From NCBI RefSeq assembly GCF_036588685.1, contig NC_086381.1:16926001-16990000 (forward strand): a DNA stretch of 64,000 bases, given 5' to 3'. The position numbers and the translations under genes are program-made. Shown piece by piece: positions 22,525 to 36,800 of this stretch (position 1 is its first letter; every line of letters begins with the position of its first letter). The notes beneath the pieces were generated by a model. It saw only the letters and a list, made by a program, of their open reading frames with translations. It was not told where the DNA came from and searched no databases. The stretch is from Mytilus trossulus (lineage: Eukaryota).

Positions 22525-25500
22525 CTAATTATCAGGATATTCCAAATTAAATCTGCTATAATCCTGGATGCTCTGCAAGAAAATAAAAATATAGAAGTTA
22601 AGTTACATTAGTTATTTAACAGGTTTTCCCAAGTGTACATTTCACAGCAATATACATACTTACATTTGGGGTCCTCAATGCTTTTCATTTTGCCTTTTTG
22701 ACTGTTTCGATTCAAAAAGGGACCAAAGGGGCAAAAGAATATGATTTTGCCCTCAGTATATTAACTCATCTATGACTTTTGACACTACTTTAGCTTTTAC
22801 CATTTGAAGGAAAGCTTTATGCATAGGACTCAGTATATTTCAAGTAAATTAGATAATATGTATGTCAAATATTTTTTATAAAATATTCTAGTTTAAAAAA
22901 ACATTATAACTAGACAAATTACATATAACTTACATCTTCAAATATAGGACTTCCATGTATTTGACCTGGTACATCAAGTAGTCCCTCATCTCTAAGATAC
23001 AGGGTACCAGTAGTCTGATCAATTTTATAGTATAGCTGCCCATATCTGTGGTATGTTGGATATTTTGTGATTGAAGGTAAATGGATGTGATCATTAACCT
23101 CTGTTCCTAACAGTGCCACATTATAAAACACAAACTGAAATCAAGAAAAACCATTACTTAACATAATACCAAACCTTGGTTTACATAAAGGGTCTTAAAA
23201 TATAAAGTCTTTATAAACTATTCCCAACTACTAATCTGAACATTTCTCTAAGTTTTAAAAGTCTTATTCTTAAAAAAAACTTACTGACTTTTCTTCACCA
23301 AGTCAAATACCTACCCTAAATCCCAAGCCAAGTAAGGAATATGACAGTTGTTATCAAATAGTCTGTTTCTATGTATGTTCGTGGTTGGTTTTGTTGCAGT
23401 TCAGTGTTTCCATTGTTTCACTCGGTTTTAGTTTGTAACCTGGATTTGTTTAATCCAGTTATGACTAATGAACAGCAGTATACTACTGTTGCCTTTATGT
23501 ATATTATTTACCCCTTGTCGTGCAAGAGGGTAGGTGGGGTTAATAAAATGGAGAAGAATGGACACAAAGAGCAAAATAGAGGGCTAAAATTAAAGAATAG
23601 ATAAAAAAAAATATAGGCAAAACAAGTGAAACTGCGAGCTACTGCTCACTGATGACACCCCCGCCGCAAGTGGATAATATAAATAGTGTAAAAATATGCA
23701 CGTGTTCGGTAAACAGGAAGTTGTCAAGTGATGAATTTGAAAACGCATCACACAGTATAGCTGACTTACATAAATCCTGAAACCAAATTTCAGAAATCCT
23801 TGAATTGTAGTTCCTGAGAAAAATGTGACGAAAATTTTGAATTTGCTATCATGTGTAAAATCATACAAGTATTCGGTAAACAGGAAGTTGTCAAGTGATG
23901 AATCTGAAAACGCATCACACGGTATGGCTGACATATAAATGTTGATACCAAATTAAAGAAAGGTTGGATGTGTAGTTCCTGAGAAAAATGTGACGAAAGT
24001 TTCATGGGACTGACTGACTGACTGACGGACTGACGGACTGACAGACAGAGGTAAAACAGTATACCCCCCTTTTTTGAAAGCGGGGGTATAAAAATAAAAT
24101 AAAAAAAGAATAGATAATAATCAGATTCTAAATCATAAATAATACTGAAAAAAAAGGCGAAATAAATAGAGAAAAATGCTATAAAAACAATTTATATAAT
24201 CAAAGAGCAGATTACTCTGAGGGATACGATTGCCGTTGTTTCATTGACACATGTATATATGTAGCTGGATAATATTATTTTTAAAACAAATTCAACTGCA
24301 CATGTCAAATAGTTACAAAATAGCCAATCCCGGATAAAAGTGTGTGAACAATGTAATCAGACCTATTGTGTTTTATTTTTGTACTATCAAGATTTATTTT
24401 TGTACTATCAATTCCAAGTTTACTTTCCACAGCAGTCACTGAGACTCAGAGTGAGAGAAGGTTACAAGGTGTTTCACTTCTTATCTTATCACCTATTTTT
24501 TACGTTAATTCTAGAAGGAACCCCATTCCTAAGTCTTTAAATATTTAATTTCCTATGGGTCAGTGATCGTGACTCCTTTCCGTAAACATTTATCGGTTTA
24601 AATTGCGATCGTTTTTTTTTTTTATATAATACGACTTTTATTGACAGAACGAGCTGATTCACGATTTCAGAATTCACAGAAGTAACTTCCGGAAGGGAGA
24701 CAACTCGAAACGATAATATGAAAGAATTCCATTTCGACGAAAGGGGTGTTCTACGATGTCGACGATATTTATTTTAATTTAAATGATGCATATGATTTAA
24801 AACTATGCAACAACAACAACCCTCAATAGCGGACATATATAGAAAAGATCCCATGAGTTATAACTTAATTAATTGAGTGGGGAATCTAGAGCAACCATTC
24901 AATCTTAAACCCCTTGAAGTCAAGAAAAATATACGCATGCGCATGATTTCCAAAACAAACCCTGAAGCAAGAACATATATTAAAAGTTTATTAAACGACC
25001 TAGATGGTTCTCTATTTCTTTATGGAAGTACAGTCTCGAATATCAGTTTCATAACGGTAACATATAAGAAAAACTGCACTGCAGTTCTTATATGACAGAA
25101 ATAGATTGATCGGAATTCAGAGAATTCTCGCATTTTACCAAAACCGGGAATTCCCTCTGACGTGTTTCTAAATTTATAAATACACTAAATATAAATACTG
25201 CTTAATTCTGATTTTCCGTGTTGTTAAAAACACGCTTATAAGTCAAGGGAATTATCAAACATGAAGATTATGAAAAGAACATTATAGGAAAGTTGTTTAA
25301 GTTCAATCCCTTTGTTTGATTTTACCTTTTAAAGCAAGACAATCATAAGAATCCGAGATGTTCCTTAATGTTTAGAATAAAACGATTGACGTGAGGGAAA
25401 TGCTCTGAGCCACCGATATAAGTCTACAGATTGCTTGAAAGCAATCGTATCCCAATAAAAATTAGGAACCCTCCATCCACACTCTTTGCTACAGATCAGA

Positions 25501-27805
25501 TTGAACAGAACCTAAATCATTGATTAAGGTTAAAGTATTCATAAGTTAATGAGCTAATACAGGCGTCACACATCAGCCTATACCTCCGACGTACGTCGAG
25601 CATGATAAAATAATCATGTACGCTGCCAATACGCTAGTAATTTAAATGCATTGAACCTGTCAATGATATCTGTATCGTGTGCACAACAATCTTTAAGTGT
25701 GTATTGGGCGTACGAGAAGCGTAACTAAGCGTTTATCAAGTAACGTATGTTGGCGTATGCCTGGCGTTTATGTAATGTAGATGAAATGCACGTATCTGTG
25801 ACGATAATCTGTGCTTTCGGCGTGTCTGGGACATTTTATTGTGGGGTGTTTGTTACAAAAACACCTGCACACGTTTTTGTTAAAGTTGAACGATCTCGAA
25901 GCGTATACAACGTGCACTAAATGTGTCTCAAACTTATCTGTAGTATTTTAAAGGGGCTTGTAGCGTATGTAGTACGTCTGTGTGGCGTACAGGTATACGC
26001 CAGACAAACGCTTGAGCTGGATGAATTTTTTATGCTACTTAAAAATTAACCAAGAGTATACATTTAAATTTCAATGTACTTCAAACTTATGCAATACGCG
26101 TTTAACGATTGATTAGCGTTCCTCTGTAGTGCAACTAACGTATACCGACTTTGTGTTAATTATGTCTGTACGTATGGTGCACGCCAGTCTATACGCCAAT
26201 GTGTGACGTCGGCATTAGAGGAATTATGACCTAAAGTGAGATTTATTATGTGCTTACCTCATCAACATAGCCTTTATAGAAGTTATTGGAGTTTTTCCCC
26301 AGGTAAAATAAAGTATCTTCATCTGTGGTATATTGTGTCTAAAAATATAATTATTTTAATATTCAATTCAAGATGGCTATCTTGCTGGTATATAAAATTT
26401 GATGACAGCAACTTTATTGATCCTTTAAATTTGTCATTAAATGATGCAAAGGGAATCAAGTACAATATTGGTACTGTGAATGTTACATAACTTTTCCATT
26501 TTATGGCCTATAAAATCAACTAAATCTTGAGTAGATAAATATTTTTTATCTTTAACTAATGATGAAGAAAGTCAATGTACCTCGCCTTGTGCAGATTTGT
26601 ACATTGTGTCGTTAAAAATATATAAATATTCAAATCCATTAAACTCACCAGGTCAATAGGAGTAACATCACTAGTTACACCAACTGAGTTTCCATTCACA
26701 TACAAAGTCATTGAGTATTCTATAAAAAATTAAGACCATATGTCTATTTTAAAATAGAATCATAAAATCTTTAGTCGTAAAATGAGCCTGATGTATACAA
26801 TTAAAAAAATATATTTTTGAAATATATTTGAAAAGTTTTTGTCCCATTTTATCTTTAAAAAGAAACAGTATTAATAGTTCTCCTTTTGAAAAAAAAAAAG
26901 ATTTTTTTATTCAATCTTTAATAAGATAGCATCCCCATGATATTAGTAAACAAAAATTACCGATCAAGGTCAGCACGTTTTTCATCATCAAGAATGGTAT
27001 GTCCACACCTAATAGAAACCTCTTACTAAAGTTTAGCTCTCCATTTTCTAGGAGACAAATGTAACGCATTTCTAAACTTTATCAGGAATGGAAAATTTAA
27101 TTATTTTTTTAACCTTATTTAAGATATGAGCTGCGTCCGATAGATATAGACCTTATGCAAGTGCAGGTGCACATATTGTGAACATGTTTAAGATTTTGAT
27201 TGAATTTCAATTCTTGTTTCCTTTAGCTCAATCAATTGGTTCAACATTGAAGTAGTAAGGCATGAGGAACAGAATTTGCGTTACCAGCTACCAACCTTAC
27301 CTGGGTTGGGTTCAATATCGTAGCGGCCAAATAGGCCTATGTAGATTTATGACTATTGGATGTGAAGCTATCCAAGCCGCTACATAAATATTGAAGCAGC
27401 TAGGCTAGCTACTCGTTCAGTAGTCAAAAATCTACGTAGCCCTATGTAGCTAAGGATATTGAATGCAACCCTGAAAGACAGGTAGCTCAATCAATTGATT
27501 TTAAAATGAAGTAAAAAAGCATGATAAACAGAATTTGTGTTTCTAGCAAACAACCACCTGAAAACTCTTGCTTTATCTCATTTGAACTTTCTAGTATAAT
27601 CTCACCTGATTCATCATATATGTACAATAAACTGATCCATTGGTTTGTATTGATAGTGGATGTTGATGTTACTGTATTGTTTCCGTAAGATCCATGTACA
27701 ACACCTCCATCTAACCATAAACATATAGTTCTAGTGTCTGTACAAAATAATGGCATATCACCCCCTGCCAATGAGTCTACCTTAATCCATAGTCCAACGG
27801 AAAAA
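22525..27805 (-). CDS. C-terminal LamG/pentraxin-like region of the mega-TSP-like protein
   Basis: [11 protein letters not shown]...[20 protein letters not shown]...[25 protein letters not shown]. Confidence 0.8.
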
Positions 27806-30800
27806 CTGTTGATAGCAATAAATGCTTTTTAATACATCGATTGTTTTATAAAAAAAAATAAGGAAAAGTGAATATTTTTATTACTGTCGATTCATTATTA
27901 TTCATGAGATACCACTTTTGTTGATTTTGTGGGTACGGGTGAACCATGCAATAAAATGTTCAAAAAAGTACAGATTTTCAATAGGCTTGTTGAAGACTTT
28001 TGTAAAATCATGAAATCAAATATCCAAGTAAATTTTACTATGTCCTTAATCCATGGAAATTGGTGCCCACGAAAAAACAACTGACTCCACAGTAGTATAC
28101 AATCCAGCCAGTTCAATGTGCTGATTGAACATTTTAGTTAAAAAGCATGCAAAGTTTAAAAGGCGATGAAACTACTGATCTGTCATATAACCTTTCCCAT
28201 CAGAACTTGATGTGATTTCAATATTTTTTTTAAATGATTTTATGTTTTAATCTGTCAATCTAATTTCCTACATGCCAAATTTTTTAATTTGTTTATTAAA
28301 AAGCGAATTTTGGGTTTAAAAGAAATTAAGTTACAAAGTAGTTATAATTCAGATATATTTTTTTGGGAAAAATCCTGACAGTTTTTATACCTCAAGAATT
28401 AAATATTTCACATGTAAATTACAACAGAAGACATTATTTGTTATTATGCACTAAAACCATAAGGACATGGAAATGAAATTCAATAATTTGAATACAAGGT
28501 TTTATATCTATTCTCACCTTTGATAAATGTCTAAACGAGTGATATTGGTAAGTACAATATAATCATCCACTCCATCAAGATACAAAGCTTTATTGTCTCT
28601 GGGGAGGCACTGGACCTTCAGATCAGACCATAAAACTGATTCCTGGCCAAACTGGTACACTCCAACACGACCTCCAGTTATACTGGTGTCATAGATGTCA
28701 CCACTGTCAGCTAATAATGAATCTACATCATACAATTGGAATCTGAAATGATTATGAAAAATTATAACGTTTTGCTGTGTTTGGTTCTGGGTTTTGATAC
28801 ATATAGGAAGATGTGGTATGCGTGCCAATGAGACAACTCTCCATCCAAGTAACAGTTTATAAAAGAAAACCATTATAGGACAAGGTATGGCCTTCAACAC
28901 AGAGCCTTGGCTCACACGGAATAGCAAGCTATGAAGGGCCCCAAAAATTACTAATGTAAAACCATTCAAACAGGAAAACCAACGGTCTAATCTATATAAA
29001 AACGAGAAACGAGAAACAAGTATGAACTACATAAACAGACGACAACTACATGTACTGTACATCATATTTCTGACTAAGGACAGGTGCAAACATTTTGCAG
29101 CGGGATTAAATGTTTTAATGGTACCAAACCTTCTCCCTTATCTGAAACAATAGTATAACATCACAACATAGAAAGACACGTAATCAATTATCAATTGGAA
29201 AGCTTAACTCAATCAAAAAACGCAAATAAACACACAATGAACGAAAATAAATTTGATCTGTGATACCTGAATGCAAATACATGGTAAATAAAAATTATAA
29301 GGGATAAATAATTAAGGTCAAAAGTAAAAAAAAACAGGTTTAAACAAAGTAAAAGTATGATACCACTGTGAAATGTTAACAATTTTTTGAAAATCATCAC
29401 TTTTGAAAAAACCTGTGTCATATTATACACAGGTAAATGAAGCCTGCATTTGAAAGAAATCACCCAAGTGTTATCATTTTTTTTAATTTACATTTCATTT
29501 AAATGTACTCAAAGTTGCACTTCCAATTGTCCACAATAATTAAAGCATAAAAGTAAAATCGTCTTCTAGTTCTCCAAAATTAAACCCAACTAAGCAGGCA
29601 AATTGGATATATTTATCGATATTTATGACCTCTTTTTCTTTCCAGTGGTGTCAATAAAGCATAACAAGAGGTTGCAGCCAATATAGTATTCAAAGTAAAG
29701 TCCAACTGTGACATGCATTAAGTAAGGTATGAAATATTGTAGAAATAAATTTGTGATATAAATACCCATATATATATTTCCATCAAATATTGATGAAAGT
29801 GCCGACATACAATGTAGTCAGTATTGAAGTTGCATAAAGAATGAACCTATCATTTCAACAATCCCATTTTATAGATATAAAAATATCTGTAGATGTCTTG
29901 GTGTTCCGTTTTAAATCTATACTTTAGTTATCTACCTGATCTTATTTAAATCTGTATAATGCCATAGGAACCATTTATATGATGTGTAATTACTCCATCT
30001 TGTCATGTTACCATCCTGCCATAGTACTGTAACCTGGTTCACTGTTGTACTACTGTGCCATAGAGCATAAGCTAATGTTTGTCCAGGACCAGTATTGGAG
30101 TTCACTACCTATTTGTAAAGAAATATGGACACATTTAAATTAAATGATATGGACAATAATCATAGTTTCAAAAAGTACTTATTAAATTACAAAAGTCCAA
30201 TAAATAATACTTAAAAACATATGTTATCCGAAAGTATAAGTTGAACATGTTGAAACCACACGTCATAAACTGCATATCATGCAGATGAAAAAATACACAA
30301 CAATTTGACCCCTACATGCGTATTAAACTGACTTTTGAACTGAATAATAACAAATGAGTACTTAAAAAAAAAATGGATAGTAAGACACATTATACAATTA
30401 CCTGTTCATTACTTATACTGGACTATAAAAACTATTTTTTCTTGGAAACCTTAGGCTTTTAAGATGGAACTATCAATGGAATTAATTTTGTAACAAACTT
30501 CATTCTTATTCAAATATTCATATTAAAATAAACTTTGTACAATTCATAGAATAACAAAAGACCCTTGTTTTGGAATGAAAATTACCATGCATTAACATGG
30601 AACCCAAATGCAATGAAAGACAAGAGAGAATAGTTTCCCTCCAATTCAATACATTCAAACTTATAAAGGAGAAAAATTATCCTGCAGAACTTAAAAATAA
30701 TGCAATATACACACATATGTAAATAGTTTCTACAGAATTACCTTTAAGTTGAGTCCTTTAAGACCAGTCTGAAAAGTTGTAGTTTCAAAATTGTAATTAG

Positions 30801-33800
30801 TTGGTTTCCATGACAAGAGATAAAACTTCCTATTGTTAACATAACCAAACACTATTCCAATGTAGTTATCTCCCTTGTCTGATGGTACATAAACAGTTCC
30901 ACTGTATTTCATAGACCCATATGTCTGCTCACCTATTTATAAAATGATATATAACTGTGTACTATAAGGTTTTTTGCCAAGAAAGAAAGGAAACATTGGT
31001 GACCTAGCTTCTGCTGTAGTCTGTTCTATGGTCGGGTTGTTGTCTCTTTGACACATTCCCCATTTCCATTCTCAATTTATTCTAAAGTTATGAAATTAAG
31101 TCAAGAGTGGGTTTTAATCAAATATAACTTAATTCAGAATTCATCTATACAGACTTGCTTGGAAGACATTTTGAATAAATTTCTGTTGTATGTGTGTAAA
31201 ATGTCACTGATTTCACTTAATTTATTTCACAATTCTAATCTGTATCAGGTACTTTGTAACCAACAAACTGACCTATTAACATGACTGGTTTCATAGTATC
31301 AGCTAACTGGTATATCTCCCTGCCTACTGCCTTTACTCTCCATTCAGGATCTATACTGTAACCAGGATACAGATCAACAGAGAAATAATCAGAGAAGGAA
31401 GTTGTAGATATATATTTGTTATATGGACAGGTATCATTACTGTCATTCGCACCGTCCCCATCAGAGTCAACTACACAATCATCACCAACCTGGTCTCCTG
31501 AATAATACAATATACTTAAATTTCCAGTTTGAAAAAGAAACTTTTAACAGTTCAGTTAACAATTTGACATTTCGGATGTTTTATTTCATTAGAATTGTTA
31601 CAACAATGTTATGATGTCAATGTAAATTTTTTGAATTACATGAGGGTTATTTCTGCTATTAAAAAAGCAGCAAAAAATTACAAAAAAGGTTCATATAAGT
31701 TATGTTGTCCATTTATTTCAGCTTGCTTACAAGTGTCTTTTTTAAAAGTAAAAAAGGTACTAAAGATATGTACAAAATACTCATAAGTAATAAAGTGACT
31801 CCAACAGGACAACTGAAGTGGAGTGAAATATTAGGTGAAGATCTCATTTGGAAACATATATTCAAACTACCTTTTACAGTCACTGTCAATACTAAACTAC
31901 AGTGGCTTCAGTACAGAATCAACCATAGAATTCTTGCCACAAATAATTTTTTATGTAAAATCAAACTTATCGATAACCCTCTATGTACTTTTTGTAAATT
32001 AGAAGATGAAACCATTGAACATATTCTGTGGAATTGTGAGATTATCCAAAAAATTTTACAAGATGTAGATTATTGGTTCTTATCTGGTGGGGTAAGCCTG
32101 CCATTAAATAAGTTGAATTTTATTTTTGGAGATATAACAAAAGTTCGAAAAGGTGACCCATATAAATTGATTTTTCTATACATGAAACAATTTATATACA
32201 ACAGTAGATGTTTTTCAAAAGATCTTTCAATCAGTGCCATTAAAGAAAAGTTAAAATATATGTACAATTTAGAAAAAATAATGGCAGTTAAAAATAAGAG
32301 ACAAAAGCACTTTGATACCATGTGGAATGCATTCAAAGTATTATTTTTATAATTCAATTTGTCATTTGTTTTTACAATCTATATTTATTGTCAAAACAAA
32401 CATAAAATATTACTGTATCTAATAGCACAATTTATTATGTACTGAAAATCTTACGGGATATTTTTTATATTTTTTTCTTTTTTTACAATTCTTAAGTGCC
32501 ACACAGTGGTACATGAACATTTAACTCTAATAATATTTTTCTTCTGTACTTTCTTACTTCTTTTTTTCCATATAAATAGAAAAAATGAATTTACAACAAT
32601 GTTTATTGTCATAAATAAATATATATTCAAATTTATCGCTAATATTACTGTATGTATGTTTGATGTGTTGTATGATTGATTGATAATTGCTGAACTTCTA
32701 ATTATTGCATAAAATACCCTTCTTATGATGTGCCTACTGCTTCAATCATATACATACCGTTGATATCTGTCTGTAGAGGGTTATGTAGGTATGAACAATT
32801 ATCATCAGAGTTGTATATACATACCGTTGATATCTGTCTGTAGAGGGGTATGTACATATGGACAATTATCATCAGAGTTGTTTATACATACCATTGACAT
32901 CTGCCTGTAGAGGGTTATGTAGGTATGGACAATTATCATCAGAATTGTTTATACATACCGTTGACATCTGCCTGTAGAGGGTTATGTAGGTATGGACAAT
33001 TATCATGCTTATACATACCATTGACATCTGCCTGTAGAGGGTTATGTAGGTATGGACAATTATCATCAGAATTGTTTATACATACCATTGACATCTGCCT
33101 GTAGAGGGTTATGTAGGTATGGACAATTATCATCAGAGTTGTTTATACATACCGTTGACATCTGCCTGTAGAGGGTTATGTCGGTATGGACAATTATCAT
33201 CAGAGTTGTTTATACATACCATTGACATCTGCCTGTAGAGGGTTATGTAGGTACGGACAATTATCATCAGAGTTGTTTATACATACCGTTGATATAAGCC
33301 TGTAGAGGGTTATGTAGGTATGGACAATTATCATCAGAGTTGTTTATACATACCATTGACATCTCCCTGTAGAGAGTTATGTAGGTATGGACAATTATCA
33401 TCAGAGTTGTTTATACATACCGTTGATATAAGCCTGTAGAGAGTTATGTAGGTATGGACAATTATCATCAGAGTTGTTTATACATACCATTGATATCTGC
33501 CTGTAGAGAGTTATGTAGGTATGGACAATTATCATCAGAGTTGTTTATACATACCATTGACATCTCCCTGTAGAGAGTTATGTAGGTATGGACAATTATC
33601 ATCAGAGTTGTTTATACATACCATTGATATCTGCCTGTAGAGAGTTATGTAGGTATGGACAATTATCATCAGATTTGTTTATACATACCATTGATATCTG
33701 CCTGTAGAGGGTTATGTAGGTACATTTTTGTATGGACAATTATCATCAGAGTTGTTTGTACATACCGTTGATATCTGCCTGTAGAGAGTTATGTAGGTAT

Positions 33801-36800
33801 GGACAATTATCATCAGAGTTGTATATACATACCGTTGATATAAGCCTGTAGAGGGTTATGTAGGTATGGACAATTATCATCAGAGTTGTTTATACATACC
33901 ATTGACATCTGCCTGTAGAGGGTTATGTAGGTATGGACAATTATCATCAGAGTTGTATATACATACCATTGACATCTGCCTGTAGAGGGTTATGTAGGTA
34001 TGGACAATTATCATCAGAGTTGTTTATACATACCGTTGATATCTGCCTGTAGAGAGTTATGTAGGTACGGACAATTATCATCAGAGTTGTTGATACCATC
34101 ACCATCTAAATCAGGATCACAAACATCTCCTACATATATCAACATAAATACAGTCTTTCATTGAAAAAACATCAGTATCATTAACATCAATGACCCATCA
34201 CTTTTCATCAAGCTGCTTAGCAAAAACCGGTATTTTGTATTTCAATTAACTTTTTAGCCACTCACATATGTGATTTCACCATAGTCTGTATTCGCCTTTC
34301 CAAAGTCACGAGCACGTTATTAGTTGATTGCAGTTTTTTTTGCTGATTTATCTTTTTTTTTTATCAATCAGGTTGTTAGTTTTTTCATATGCATTTGAAT
34401 GTCATGTCAAGGCCTCTTATTGCTTACTATGCTGTATGGGATTTGCTCATTTTCAATACTTTTTACAATAATTTCAAAATGACCATACTGTGACCTATAA
34501 TTGCTCATCTATATAATTTGGTTTCTGATGAAAAGGAAACTTCTTATCAGTCATCACATCTTCTAATGAATATGACTAAAAACCATAATATTTTTAATTC
34601 TTTTTTTAAATTTGTTTCCTTGAATATGTTGTGGTAATTTATAAGGATAGTCATGGTTTATGACTATTTTTTTTTACTGTTTTTTTTTTTCATTGTGTGA
34701 TTTTTACTGCATTTATTAACTGGTATAGCAGGCAAACTGTCAACTGTTACATACACAAAAAAAAAAATTTTATGAAGTACATACGACCTTACCTATACCA
34801 TTCCCATCTGTATCTGTCTGTTCACCATTAGCTGCCTCCTGACAATTGTCACCGATGTCAAGGACACTATCTCCATCCCTGGAATGATGGTAATTAAACA
34901 TAAAATTATAAACAGCATCATTAACATTTCTATCAAAACAGAAGTCAAAATATCTCAACTGTTTTATTTCTTACTTATGATAATTTCTTGATTAAAAAGT
35001 TTCTATAAAACTCCTTTATCATTCATTTTTTTCAAATTTTGTTAAGAGGTTAAAGTTTATTACTTCTACAAATGTGTCATTCAATACAGAAATAACAAGA
35101 ATGTGTCTAAAGTACACGGATGCCCCATCCGCATTACCATTTTCTATGTTCAATGGACCGTGAAAATGGTAAAAAATCTCTAACTTGGTATACAAATTTA
35201 AAAGATCTTATCATGGGGAACACGTTAAGTACTACATTTCAGGTCGATCAGACTTCAATTTCATTAATAACTACCTCAACCAAAAACTTTAACCTGAAAT
35301 GGGACAAACGGACCAACAAATAAACAAACAGATTCACAGACCAGAAAACATTATGTCCATAAATGGGGCATAAAAATAGTGGTAATCAGCAAAAAAAAAA
35401 TTAAATCCTTAAATACAAAAAATAAATTACACTATTTTGTCACATTTTTCTTTAATGAAATTTTCAATATCATGCTTTTCGAGTCTAAAATCTAACTGTT
35501 ATTAGTTACACAAAAAGAGAATGTATGACATTATGAGACTATTTCCTTGACTATGTCTATGAAAACAGGATCTACAGATTTTCTACGGTCTTTCAAACTA
35601 AAGGATGTTTCCTGGTTATATCTCATCTCAAACTATACCCTACAAGGAGATAGAGGCTGATAAACACCCTCTTCTATGATAAAATTTTAAATCTTCAACC
35701 TGATAATTATATATGTATATATGTGTTCCTCCTCGGAAAACAAAAGAACACATTTAAATTTAATTAAGTTCATTTGATATTGCCTCACCAAAATAAATAA
35801 AATGCAAGTTTAAATTATTGCGATTAAATTCCTGTGTCATTATGTACAATAGCAAAAACATCACAATAATTTCTGTATTTACAGTTTGTCAAATAGATAA
35901 ATATAAACCAGTTGTAATTGACAAAGAATATGTTTTGATTTAAGGTGTGTTGATATACCTGTCCTTATTGATAGTGGGATCACAGCTATCACCATATCCA
36001 TTCTGATCTGTATCTGTCTGGGCAGGGTTTCCTATACTTATACAATTATCACAAACATCACCAACATTATCACCATCTGAGTCCACTTGTGTTGGATTGG
36101 TTTTCAATGGACAATTATCTGTACCATCTGGTCTACCTAAAATGAAGAACAAATTTTTAATTAAAACTTTAGAAGAACTAATTTCTACATTTGCTTCAGT
36201 ACTAGTGGATCTGACAAAAGAAGTAGCATTATTTTCATTCAAAATGTATTTACTGTGAATATGCTACTCCCCAGAAATAACCATATTTCAATTTTGATGA
36301 AAGTTGTCAATCTTAAGTTTTGCCTTTCATTCAAACAAATAATATTATGAAAACGATTCCATTAAATGATACTCTTCAAAGAATGTTGTCCGGCATGAAT
36401 TAGCACATGAATCTCAATTGCACATGTATATAATAATTGACACTGCTATTATATTCTGCCAAGCACAAATTGTTGTTTGGACTTCATTTTGTTTATTTCA
36501 TGCATAAATGTCATTTGATCATGCGATTACAACCCCACAAATAACCTGTACCAAAACATATCAGAAACTATGATATTGATCAATCCCAAAGGACAAGGTA
36601 AGATAAGGGCTGTATTTGAACCCCCCCCCCCCCTTTTTCCTCATTTTTCGAAATTCTGTTTTGGAAAGCTACTTATTATATTAAAACATTCCATGAGGTT
36701 TGAAGTTTGTTTAGATGAACTTCAAAACCACTAATTTTGCAACTGTGTTAGGTAAGGAGGGTTATCTTTCTGTTATTATTCAAATATTGTAAATTAAATT

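Noticed and set aside
24680-24950. ETS-like (ACTTCCGGAAG) and NRF1-like (CGCATGCGCATG) motifs in a CpG-richer intron patch
   Set aside because: No associated exon or ORF was found; short motifs alone do not support a promoter call.
32872-33133. ORFs suggesting an expanded coding run of TSP3 repeats
   Set aside because: The 67-nt period shifts the frame and a TGA follows in each normal unit; the listed ORFs arise from one unit with a deletion.
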